Source: an uncultured bacterium (GTDB lineage Bacteria > Fidelibacterota > Marinisomatia > Marinisomatales > AB-629-J13). From it: a stretch of 29,362 bases of DNA. Position 1 is the stretch's first letter; each line of letters begins with the position of its first letter. The notes beneath the pieces were generated by a model, which saw nothing but the letters and a program-made list of their open reading frames with translations, ran no database searches and had not been told where the DNA came from. The position numbers and the translations under genes are program-made. Location of the stretch: the NCBI GenBank assembly GCA_964575125.1, contig CAZNQF010000001.1, positions 1 through 29,362 of the forward strand, written 5' to 3'. Positions 17,872 to 26,455 of this stretch are shown one piece after another.

Positions 17872-18750
17872 ATGTCTGAAAACTCAAATAGCGTTTCAAC
17901 CTCCAGCAGGGTTTATGTCCTGTTTTATTCATTTTTTCTAATACCCTTAATGGTAGCGGTTATAGGAACTTCATTTTTTATTGTTGTAAAATTTTTAACC
18001 CTTGAGCCAAAAACACCCTCAGATTTGCTAAATGATATAAGAATAGGTTCAGCCACAAAAAGATGGCAATCCGCATTTGAATTATCCAAAATACTTGCTA
18101 ATGATGAAAATGTACATAAGGATAACTTATTCAGAAATCAGCTTGTATCTGCTTATAAAAATTCTGTCCATGATGATGAAAAAGTGAGAATGTATCTTGC
18201 TATGGCAATGGGAAGGTCTGGAGATCTATTTTACGGTAATCCTTTAGTGAAAGGACTGTTAGATAAAAATCCAGCTACACGGTTAGCATCAATCAAAGCT
18301 CTGGGATTCCTAAAATACAAGCCTGCAGTTAGTGAATTAGTCACTATTATTCAAAACAAGAATAGAACTAACATTGAGCACCTTTCAGCGGTTGTATCAT
18401 TAGGTAATATCGGAGATGATGGTATTATTCATGAATTATTACCATTTTTGGAACATGAAGAAGTTAATATTCGTTGGGATACTGCTTTGAGTCTTGCAAA
18501 ATTAGGTGATAAAACAGGTATTACTATCATTGCTGATTTGCTCACGAGATCATATTATGAATCTTTTCCAGAAGTAGATTATGAGGAAGCAAATCAGGCA
18601 ATTAGTGTAGCTATTCAGGTAAGCTCAAAATATAAGGAAGAGATTTTTAAAAATAAATTAATTCAATTAGCCTCAGAAGATGAAAATATGAAAATTAGAG
18701 ATTCAGCAATTAAGACATTAAAATATATTTACGGATATAATAAAGCATGA
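17872..18750 (+). CDS. Membrane-anchored HEAT-repeat protein
   Basis: One N-terminal TM helix, then HEAT-like helical repeats (VRMYLAMAMGR, TRLASIKALG, IRWDTALSLAKLG). ATGA overlap with the Rieske gene. Confidence 0.85.
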   Translation: MSENSNSVSTSSRVYVLFYSFFLIPLMVAVIGTSFFIVVKFLTLEPKTPSDLLNDIRIGSATKRWQSAFELSKILANDENVHKDNLFRNQLVSAYKNSVHDDEKVRMYLAMAMGRSGDLFYGNPLVKGLLDKNPATRLASIKALGFLKYKPAVSELVTIIQNKNRTNIEHLSAVVSLGNIGDDGIIHELLPFLEHEEVNIRWDTALSLAKLGDKTGITIIADLLTRSYYESFPEVDYEEANQAISVAIQVSSKYKEEIFKNKLIQLASEDENMKIRDSAIKTLKYIYGYNKA

Positions 18751-19298
18751 GTGAAGAAAAATTTGTTCCTGAAGCGTCCGTAGGCACTCCACAAAAAAAG
18801 TCATCAGGAGCAACTATTGAGCGGAGGGGGTTTTTTAAATGGTTAAGTATTGGTTGGCTTGCATTTACAGCAGCCACAGGTGGATTTTTTACTGTTTTAA
18901 TTCGATTTTTATTTCCCAATGTTTTGTTTGAACCTCCTCAAAGTTTTAAAATTGGATTACCGGAAGAATTTGAAATTGGGAAAGTTGATTTACGATTCAA
19001 AAAGAAATTTAGTGTTTGGATTGTACGGAATGATGAAGGAATGTATGCTTTATCAACGGTTTGCACCCATTTAGGCTGCACTCCTAATTGGTTAGATAGT
19101 GAACGAAAATTTAAATGCCCATGTCATGGAAGCGGATTCCGTTCAACAGGAATTAATTTTGAGGGACCTGCACCAAGACCTTTAGAAAGATTTAAGATTT
19201 ACTTGGCTGATGACGGGCAAGTAATCGTTGATAAAAGTAAAAATTTCAAATTTGAAAAAGGAGAATGGGAAAGATCAGAATCATTTCTAAAAGTATAA
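18747..19298 (+). CDS. petC: Rieske 2Fe-2S subunit of a Rieske/cytochrome b complex
   Basis: Tat motif ERRGFF, TM anchor, CTHLGC and CPCHGS boxes, GPAPRPL. Confidence 0.96.
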   Translation: MSEEKFVPEASVGTPQKKSSGATIERRGFFKWLSIGWLAFTAATGGFFTVLIRFLFPNVLFEPPQSFKIGLPEEFEIGKVDLRFKKKFSVWIVRNDEGMYALSTVCTHLGCTPNWLDSERKFKCPCHGSGFRSTGINFEGPAPRPLERFKIYLADDGQVIVDKSKNFKFEKGEWERSESFLKV

Positions 19299-19314
19299 AA
19301 AGGTTAAAAAAACT

Positions 19315-20109
19315 GTGAGCCAAAAACAATCAAAACAAACTTTATTAGAACGAATGGGAAATTCCCAAATATGGAAATCCATTATTCGTTCCGGTGTTCC
19401 AAAAACAAGACGCCAAAGAATGCATGCTATATTGGGAAGTGTATTTCTACACCTTCACCCTGCTAGACTGCCAAAACATGCAGTAAAAATTGGTTATACT
19501 TGGTGCATGGGAGGACTTTCATTTTTCCTTTTTGTAGTTTTAACCATTACAGGAATTATGCTGATGTTTTATTATAGACCCACCGTTGAATATGCCTATA
19601 CTGATATGATTGATTTGGGAGAACAGGTTCCTTTGGGAATTATGAGAGAAATACATCGTTGGGGAGCTCATGCTATGGTACTGACGGTTTGGCTCCATAT
19701 GTTACGAGTATTTATGACAGGGTCCTACAAGCCTCCAAGGGAATTTAACTGGGGTGTAGGTGTACTACTCATGACTATAACATTATTTCTGAGTTTTACT
19801 GGATATCTTCTGCCATGGGATCAATTGGCAATTTGGGCGGTTACTGTAGGAACAAACATGGCACGAGCAACACCATTTTTGGGCCATGAAGGTCCAGGAG
19901 CTTCCATGTTGGCTATTGGAGATATCAATTTGGTCCATGCCGGATCAGATGTAAGATTTGCACTCTTAGGGGGACGTTTTGTCGGGGAGGCAACTTTGCT
20001 TAGATTCTATGTATTACATTGTATTGGTGTACCATTTATAGCAATGATATTTATGGCTGTTCACTTTTGGCGAATTAGAAAAGACGGCGGAATCTCAGGA
20101 CCTTTATAA
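19315..20109 (+). CDS. petB: Cytochrome b6-type subunit (split cytochrome b, N-terminal part)
   Basis: WCMGG (heme ci Cys), H-x13-H in helix B, H-x14-H in helix D, PPREFNW, TGYLLPWDQ. 264 aa; GTG start. Confidence 0.95.
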   Translation: MSQKQSKQTLLERMGNSQIWKSIIRSGVPKTRRQRMHAILGSVFLHLHPARLPKHAVKIGYTWCMGGLSFFLFVVLTITGIMLMFYYRPTVEYAYTDMIDLGEQVPLGIMREIHRWGAHAMVLTVWLHMLRVFMTGSYKPPREFNWGVGVLLMTITLFLSFTGYLLPWDQLAIWAVTVGTNMARATPFLGHEGPGASMLAIGDINLVHAGSDVRFALLGGRFVGEATLLRFYVLHCIGVPFIAMIFMAVHFWRIRKDGGISGPL

Positions 20110-20122
20110 TATTATAATTATT

Positions 20123-21241
20123 ATGGAAGCAATTAAACATATAATAGATATTATTTCTGCACCAACGGTAAGCTTTACGTTAATTACGGTACTGTTCCCG
20201 TTCATTTTTCCTCCAGGAGACTGGTTTGAAAAAATCCACAGAAAATTTGGGTTTTGGCGAATATGGACAAAACCCGGTTTATACTTAGGACTTGGTACTA
20301 TTACATTATTTTTTATTATGGGTTATTATGATGAAAATTTTAATATAACTCTCACTAAACCAGATAATTTTCCTATAATTTTATTAGTATACTCAGTTTT
20401 CATTTATACTTGGATATCTATGTACAAAGCATATGAAAATGATGAACGAATGGGTCGGGGGGAGAAACCAAACGAATATAATGATCCTGATGATAAAGTG
20501 TTGGTTTGGCCTGACCTTGTTTATATTGAATTTATAGCTTTAATCATATTTATGGTTTTCTTAATTGTATGGTCAGTCTTGGTTGCTGCACCATTGGAAG
20601 AACCTGCAAATCCTGCAGCAACACCCAATCCTTCTAAAGCTCCATGGTATTTTCTTGGATTACAGGAAATGCTAGTTTATTTTGACCCATGGCTAGCAGG
20701 TGTTGTGTTTCCAGGGTTAATAATTATAGGATTAATGGCAATTCCATATATGAGTACCACATCTGATAAATTATCAGGATTTTATTCTTTTAAAGAAAGA
20801 CGATTAGGAATATTTTTATTTCAGTACGGGTTTCTGATACTTTGGATATTTTTAATATTTATTGGAACATTTTTCAGAGGTCCAAATTGGAATTTTTTCG
20901 GCCCTTTTGAATATTGGGATCCACACAAAGTGGTCCCCTTAACCAATGTAAATCTATCAGAGTATTTTTGGATTAAATGGTTGGGAACGGGGCTTCCATC
21001 AAACATAATGCTCAGAGAATCTTTAGGGTTTTTAACGGTGATAATTTATTTTGTTTCTCTACCTGTTTTACTTGCATAATATTCATTGAAAAACTTTTTA
21101 AATAGAGTGGGACCAGTAAAGTTTTCTTTTTTTGTTTTTTTAGGACTTTGTATGCTATCTCTCCCCTTAAAAATGTACCTTCGATGGATGTTTAATTTGC
21201 AATACATCGTTGCAATCCCTGAATGGTTTTTTAATATTTAA
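20123..21241 (+). pseudogene. petD: Cytochrome b subunit IV (PetD/QcrC-like, extended) interrupted by an in-frame TAA at 21077-21079
   Basis: VWPDL, PLEEPANP..TPNPSKAPWYFLGLQE. After the TAA the same frame continues for 53 codons (YSLKNFLNRVGPVKFSFFVFLGLCMLSLPLKMYLRWMFNLQYIVAIPEWFFNI) to a TAA at 21239-21241. It may be an intact gene with a sequence error. Confidence 0.8.
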
Positions 21242-21258
21242 ATTTCTTAAACTAATAA

Positions 21259-24200
21259 ATGTTTAATAAAAAAGACGAACGCTATTGGGACATCCATTTA
21301 TTAAATAAATGGTTTGCTATTACAAGCATCCTGTTTGTCATTTCTATGGTTTGGATGTTTATTGATGATAATGATGATGATTTTAAACAATATCAAAAAA
21401 CATTTAGGCAAATGGAAGTAGAAATTTCCAAGAAAAAATTAAACGAAGCAGTTGAACATGTAAAAGAAGAACAAAAAATATATGCTGAAAGACTAAAAAC
21501 AGTAAAATTAGATTTTGAAAATAAGAAAGAAAGAATAATTTTATTAAATGATAAAACAACTGAATTAAATGCCCAACATTACAAGGCAAACATGGATTAT
21601 CTCCACCTAAAAGCTGAAATTGATGCTTTAAAATATTTGGTTGAAAAAGAAAAAACTCATATTAACGAGCTGCCCAAAGAGAAAGATTCAAAATATGAAA
21701 TGGAGTATAATTCATATCTTATTGATTTGCAGGAATTAAAATTAAAGAAAGAAAAAATTGAATTACTTCAAAAAGGAGTTGAAGAAGAAATAACTCAACT
21801 AAATAAGGATGTAAAAAAAGCTGAAGATGAATTAAAAAATGTTATGAAAGATACTGACTTAGTAGAAGCAAAACTTTCTCGACTTGACCGACAAAGAATG
21901 TCCTTTTCTAACCGTATTGGCGATATTATTAGAGATTTCCCTGTTTTAGACTTTATGGACCCATATTATAAAGTAAAACAAATTGTAGTACCTGATGTAA
22001 AATATGATGTTAATTTTGCTTCAGTTTCAACAGTAGATCGCTGTACAAGTTGTCATCTAGGTATTGATAATCCAGATTATGTAGATGCTCCTCATCCATA
22101 TAAAACTCACCCTAATTTAAATCTTTATTTAACAGCACCTTCCCCTCATCCAATCGATCAATTTGGATGTACAGGTTGTCATGCGGGAAGAAGCAGAGGA
22201 ACAACTTTTAACTCTTCTGTCCATATGCCAAACTCCAAAGCTGCAAAGCAAAATTGGGAAGAAGAATATGATTGGGAAAAAATGCATCATTGGCTCAAGC
22301 CAATGCTCCCTTCAAAATACTCTGAAGCAAGTTGTTTTAAATGTCATATGGAAAAGCCAGACCTTAAAGGTGGTGAAAAACTAAATCTTGGGCTAACTAT
22401 TATAGACAAGGCTGGATGTAATGGTTGCCACCAAATTGAATCCTATCCAAAAAGGTATAATACAGGACCAGATTTAACTCGCATAAATGAAAAAGTTTCA
22501 AAGGAGTGGACAAAGAAATGGATCAGCCATCCCCAAAGTTTCCGATACAATACATGGATGCCTCACTTTTTTAATCAAGAAAACAATTCATCACCGGAAA
22601 TGGATAGGCGGAACACCACTGAAATTAATGCTATTGTAGAGTTTTTATTTAAAGACAAAGAGAACAACAATAACATATCATCTGACATTCTATATCTAGG
22701 TAATCCTAAAACTGGAGAAACATTGTTTAACAATGTTGGCTGTAAGGGATGTCATAACCTCCAAGAAAACTCCACAGAACTGGCAGATCTTGGTTATGAT
22801 TTAGAAAAATTACCCTACGAATTCTCAAAGTCAGAATTTGGATACGAACAAGAAAGAACAAATCTAGCGGAAATAACCAAACAACAAGGGCCAAATCTCA
22901 TTGGTCTAGGTTCAAAGACCTCACCAGAATGGGTATATAACTGGATAAAAAATCCCCAAGATTATTGGTCTAAAACAAGGATGCCAAATCTCAGGCTATC
23001 TAATCAAGAAGCAAAAGATATAACAGCTTATCTCCTCTCGTTTAAAAATGATGATTTTGAAAATAAAGTATTCCCTGAGCTAGATGAAAAAGAATTGGAA
23101 GATATTGCTCGGGGATGGCTAATAAAATCCTTTCCTGAAGAAAAAGCCTACCAAAAGCTATCTGAAATGGAATACACTGAAAAGGTTAATTATGTTGCAG
23201 ATAAAAGTATTCGTTTTTATGGATGTTATTCCTGCCATAATATCGATGGATATGAAAATGAAAAACCAATAGGAACTGCCTTAACTTCTGAAGGCTCAAA
23301 ATCTGTGGACAAATTGGATTTTGGTCATATCCACGATATTGAGCATTTGAATTATTCATGGTTTGAGCAAAAGCTTGCAAATCCAAGAATATTTGATAGG
23401 CATAAAATTATAGCCAAAGAAGAAAAACTACGCATGCCCAATTTCTATTTGAAACCTGAAGAAATAGAAGCAGTAGTTACAGCTCTGCTATCATTCAATG
23501 ATGATAAAGTAGGCGAACCTAAACAGGCCAGTTTTTATCAGGAAAATCACTCTGTATATGAAGGTTATAAGCTACTGAATCAATTTAATTGCCGAGGATG
23601 TCATATAATTGATGGTGTCGGAGGACAAATTGCCGATGTCATCGGTTCTTCAGAATTTTCTCCTCCAAATTTGAACACTGAAGGCGAGAAGGTTCAACCA
23701 TCTTGGTTGTTTAATTTTCTAAAAGAACCCACATTGATCAGGCCTAATCTTGAGGTCAGGATGCCGACCTTCAGCCTAAAAGATGAAGATTGGAACCATA
23801 TTATCAATGCTTTCCAGGATATGGATGGAAATAATTTAGCATTTGAATCAGATCATATTGTGAATAAAAATACCAATAAATATAAGGCAGGCGAAAAACT
23901 ACAGGACTTAGGGGTATGTTCAAATTGCCATTTCTATGGGACCACTTTTCCAAAGCAAGGAGCAGAAACTTGGGCTCCCAATTTAGCACTGTCAAAGGAT
24001 AGACTTCGCCCAGAATGGATAGTGAAATGGTTGGATGACCCTCAATCCATAATGCCAGGTACAAAAATGCCAGCACCATATATCCCATCGAAAGAAGAAC
24101 TGAATATGCCGGACTCAAAGTCTGTGTGGGGTGTGAATTTGATATCTTTAAAAGGTAACAGAGAACTCATGCTAGAGGGTTTGAGAGATTTTAATTTATC

Positions 24201-24318
24201 TATATCTGGGAAAAAAGATATTTCAAAAGAAGTAAAAGCTTATTTTGACAAAAATGGATATGATTTTAATAAAGAAGAGGAAGGAGATGAAGATGATTGG
24301 GATGATGAGGACTGGTAG
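21259..24318 (+). CDS. Membrane-anchored octaheme cytochrome c
   Basis: Eight CxxCH motifs: CTSCH, CTGCH, CFKCH, CNGCH, CKGCH, CYSCH, CRGCH, CSNCH. N-terminal TM anchor, long coiled coil and acidic tail. Confidence 0.93.
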   Translation: MFNKKDERYWDIHLLNKWFAITSILFVISMVWMFIDDNDDDFKQYQKTFRQMEVEISKKKLNEAVEHVKEEQKIYAERLKTVKLDFENKKERIILLNDKTTELNAQHYKANMDYLHLKAEIDALKYLVEKEKTHINELPKEKDSKYEMEYNSYLIDLQELKLKKEKIELLQKGVEEEITQLNKDVKKAEDELKNVMKDTDLVEAKLSRLDRQRMSFSNRIGDIIRDFPVLDFMDPYYKVKQIVVPDVKYDVNFASVSTVDRCTSCHLGIDNPDYVDAPHPYKTHPNLNLYLTAPSPHPIDQFGCTGCHAGRSRGTTFNSSVHMPNSKAAKQNWEEEYDWEKMHHWLKPMLPSKYSEASCFKCHMEKPDLKGGEKLNLGLTIIDKAGCNGCHQIESYPKRYNTGPDLTRINEKVSKEWTKKWISHPQSFRYNTWMPHFFNQENNSSPEMDRRNTTEINAIVEFLFKDKENNNNISSDILYLGNPKTGETLFNNVGCKGCHNLQENSTELADLGYDLEKLPYEFSKSEFGYEQERTNLAEITKQQGPNLIGLGSKTSPEWVYNWIKNPQDYWSKTRMPNLRLSNQEAKDITAYLLSFKNDDFENKVFPELDEKELEDIARGWLIKSFPEEKAYQKLSEMEYTEKVNYVADKSIRFYGCYSCHNIDGYENEKPIGTALTSEGSKSVDKLDFGHIHDIEHLNYSWFEQKLANPRIFDRHKIIAKEEKLRMPNFYLKPEEIEAVVTALLSFNDDKVGEPKQASFYQENHSVYEGYKLLNQFNCRGCHIIDGVGGQIADVIGSSEFSPPNLNTEGEKVQPSWLFNFLKEPTLIRPNLEVRMPTFSLKDEDWNHIINAFQDMDGNNLAFESDHIVNKNTNKYKAGEKLQDLGVCSNCHFYGTTFPKQGAETWAPNLALSKDRLRPEWIVKWLDDPQSIMPGTKMPAPYIPSKEELNMPDSKSVWGVNLISLKGNRELMLEGLRDFNLSISGKKDISKEVKAYFDKNGYDFNKEEEGDEDDWDDEDW

Positions 24319-24323
24319 AGTAT

Positions 24324-24554
24324 TTACCCCTTCCTAATCACTTTTTCTTCCCTCCAAGTTGAAGATGAGACATAAATGGTTGTATCCTCAACAGGAAAAA
24401 TTTTTATTGATTTATAATTTGTTCCCTTTTTATCGTTAATTGCTCTATGTTTATTATCACAATAGGGTAATGAATTACTTTTTCCACATGCGCACAAACT
24501 ATATTTCTTTTTTGCTTTTAAATTTATTTTTATTGCGTCGCCCGTTTTTTTCAT
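24324..24554 (-). CDS. CDGSH-type 2Fe-2S protein
   Basis: CACGKSNSLPYCDNKH fits C-x-C-x2-S-x3-P-x-C-D-x2-H. Confidence 0.85.
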   Translation of the reverse strand: MKKTGDAIKINLKAKKKYSLCACGKSNSLPYCDNKHRAINDKKGTNYKSIKIFPVEDTTIYVSSSTWREEKVIRKG

Positions 24555-24609
24555 TTAATACACCGTTTAAAAATAAGAGAAGTTATTCACAATAAAAATA
24601 TGAGATTTA

Positions 24610-24807
24610 ATGCCAAATAGAAAATTAAATATTAGCATAACATGGATTTTTCGAATCCTGTGGACAATTTCTTTTTTATTATTATTAGTTATTAAAAAAT
24701 TTTACTTCACATGGAAGTTAATTTATATTGGATTTATTATTTTTCTAACTATCATCTCAATTTTTAGGATTAAGGAGTCTCAAAGAGAGTGGTATGAAGA
24801 AAATTAA
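24610..24807 (+). CDS. Small two-TM hypothetical membrane protein
   Basis: 65-aa ORF with two hydrophobic segments that fills the gap between flanking genes and is followed by a terminator-like hairpin. Confidence 0.6.
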   Translation: MPNRKLNISITWIFRILWTISFLLLLVIKKFYFTWKLIYIGFIIFLTIISIFRIKESQREWYEEN

Positions 24808-24833
24808 AGCAAATAATAGTTTCTTTTAATTTA

Positions 24834-24861
24834 AAGAAAGGGAAGAACCTCCCCCTTTCTT
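24834..24861. terminator. Probable intrinsic terminator between convergent genes
   Basis: AAGAAAGGG...CCCTTTCTT is a 9-bp perfect stem, extendable by G-U pairs on the minus strand. It lies between the convergent 24807 and 24877 ends. Confidence 0.65.
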
Positions 24862-24876
24862 GATAGAAATTAAATT

Positions 24877-25611
24877 TTATTTCTTTTTCTTTGGTCGGAC
24901 AAATGTGTGATCTTGAACTGTTACTGAAGGCTCTTCACCATCTTCTCCAATAGTAACTTTATATTCACCGGAACCACCCATTCCCTTTGCTTTTTCATGC
25001 CAAAATTCAACTTCATAAGTTCCAGAAGGGATTCCCGTAATTTCATATTTACCATTTTCATCTGTAACAGAAAAATATGGATGATCTGTTACAGATGTCC
25101 ATGCTTTCATCCATGGATGCACATCACACTTGATATAAAAAGGGGCCTCGGTTTTTTTAAATGTAACTTTTTTTTCTTTCACTACTTTTGGCATAGCAAA
25201 ATTGAATTGACTGTTTACCTTTGCCATAGAATGAATATTGTGCATTGTGGGATCGCTGTTTTTAATAATTAATTCCTGATTTTTCATAATACCAAAAACA
25301 TGGGGTGAATAAATACAACCTTTTTGATCGATTACAACAGGTTCTTTAGGAGTCTCTCCCGTATAAGAGACGTTTTTCAGGCATACTAAAACATTCCCTA
25401 ATTGTCCTTTATCATTTAGCATGAAACTTTCCGCATACACTTTATCTCTGTGTGCTGAACTGCAGACAGGATCAGCATCCATTTTAATTGCTCTTTTCTT
25501 GGGTGGTTTACCTGAATATGTAATAGTACCGGAAAGTGTTCCCCCAAACATAGATGACATAATAAATATAAATGATAAAATGAAGTTTGATTTATTATTT
25601 AATAAATACAT
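24877..25611 (-). CDS. Secreted cupredoxin-domain protein with a carboxypeptidase-regulatory-like C-domain
   Basis: Signal peptide, IDQKGCIY.PHV, MHNIH, KCDVHPWM (type-1 Cu C-x2-H-x2-M), FSVTDENGKYEITGIPSGTYEVEFWHE. AAGGA RBS. Confidence 0.85.
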   Translation of the reverse strand: MYLLNNKSNFILSFIFIMSSMFGGTLSGTITYSGKPPKKRAIKMDADPVCSSAHRDKVYAESFMLNDKGQLGNVLVCLKNVSYTGETPKEPVVIDQKGCIYSPHVFGIMKNQELIIKNSDPTMHNIHSMAKVNSQFNFAMPKVVKEKKVTFKKTEAPFYIKCDVHPWMKAWTSVTDHPYFSVTDENGKYEITGIPSGTYEVEFWHEKAKGMGGSGEYKVTIGEDGEEPSVTVQDHTFVRPKKKK

Positions 25612-25787
25612 TATTTTTCCTTTTTTTTAATTAATAATAATTTCATAACAGATAAAAATTACTCCATTATTTTACTCTTATCCAAATAGTACTTATTTAA
25701 TCATTTTTAGTTTCATTATTTGTTCAAACATTCAATGATAGGTTAATTTCAACACCTCATTTGGTCTTGTTCTAAACTAATTGTAAA

Positions 25788-26270
25788 ATGATATTACTCA
25801 TAATTCTATCGTACTTATTAATGGGCATCACATCTGCATTGCTATTGATAACCGGCTTTCAGGGTATGGCACATACAAATATTTTTGGAATAACTCATCC
25901 CTCAATGGGACTATTAACAGTAATGGTGTTTGCATTAACAGAATCATTTACGTTAACGTATATTTCAGCTATGGTAAAATCAATTAAAAAAAATGCTAAA
26001 ACCAAACAATGTGCTATATTTGACAAAACTCGTCAATCAGTATATAAACATGGTATGATTACAATTCTTTGGGTTACACTTGTTTTTTTATTAGGCGGAG
26101 CAGTTGACACAAACCTCCTATCTCCATTTTTACATGGTATGATATATTTTTTAGGTTTGATTCATTACTTCTATGTAGTAAAAATCCAACATCAATCCTT
26201 TTCAGTTTGCTTAATTTTTATAAATGAAATGATAATTTCAAAAGAAAATCATAATAATAATTCGAAGTAA
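25788..26270 (+). CDS. Hypothetical ~4-TM membrane protein
   Basis: 160 aa with four hydrophobic segments and several His residues in or near the helices. Confidence 0.7.
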   Translation: MILLIILSYLLMGITSALLLITGFQGMAHTNIFGITHPSMGLLTVMVFALTESFTLTYISAMVKSIKKNAKTKQCAIFDKTRQSVYKHGMITILWVTLVFLLGGAVDTNLLSPFLHGMIYFLGLIHYFYVVKIQHQSFSVCLIFINEMIISKENHNNNSK

Positions 26271-26278
26271 ATTTACTG

Positions 26279-26437
26279 ATGTATTATTTGGCAAAATGTT
26301 TTGAATTATCAGGATTGTGTATTATTGGAATTGGATTGATAAACCAATTTCCAAAATTGATGAGCCCAAAATGGCTTCTTGTCGGAAGCCTTTTTTTCGG
26401 TGCTGGATGGCTTATTGAAAAATATGTATTAAAATGA
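26279..26437 (+). CDS. 52-aa two-TM small protein (not in ORF track)
   Basis: My translation: MYYLAKCFELSGLCIIGIGLINQFPKLMSPKWLLVGSLFFGAGWLIEKYVLK*. It fills the gap between 26270 and 26456. Confidence 0.7.
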   Translation: MYYLAKCFELSGLCIIGIGLINQFPKLMSPKWLLVGSLFFGAGWLIEKYVLK

Positions 26438-26455
26438 AGAGGTTAGAGTTATAAG

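Noticed and set aside
21218-21229. PEWF near the end of the subunit IV tail as the Qo PEWY motif
   Set aside because: The Qo position is defined by the preceding ANP..TP segment and is occupied by APWY. This PEWF is at the extreme C-terminus.
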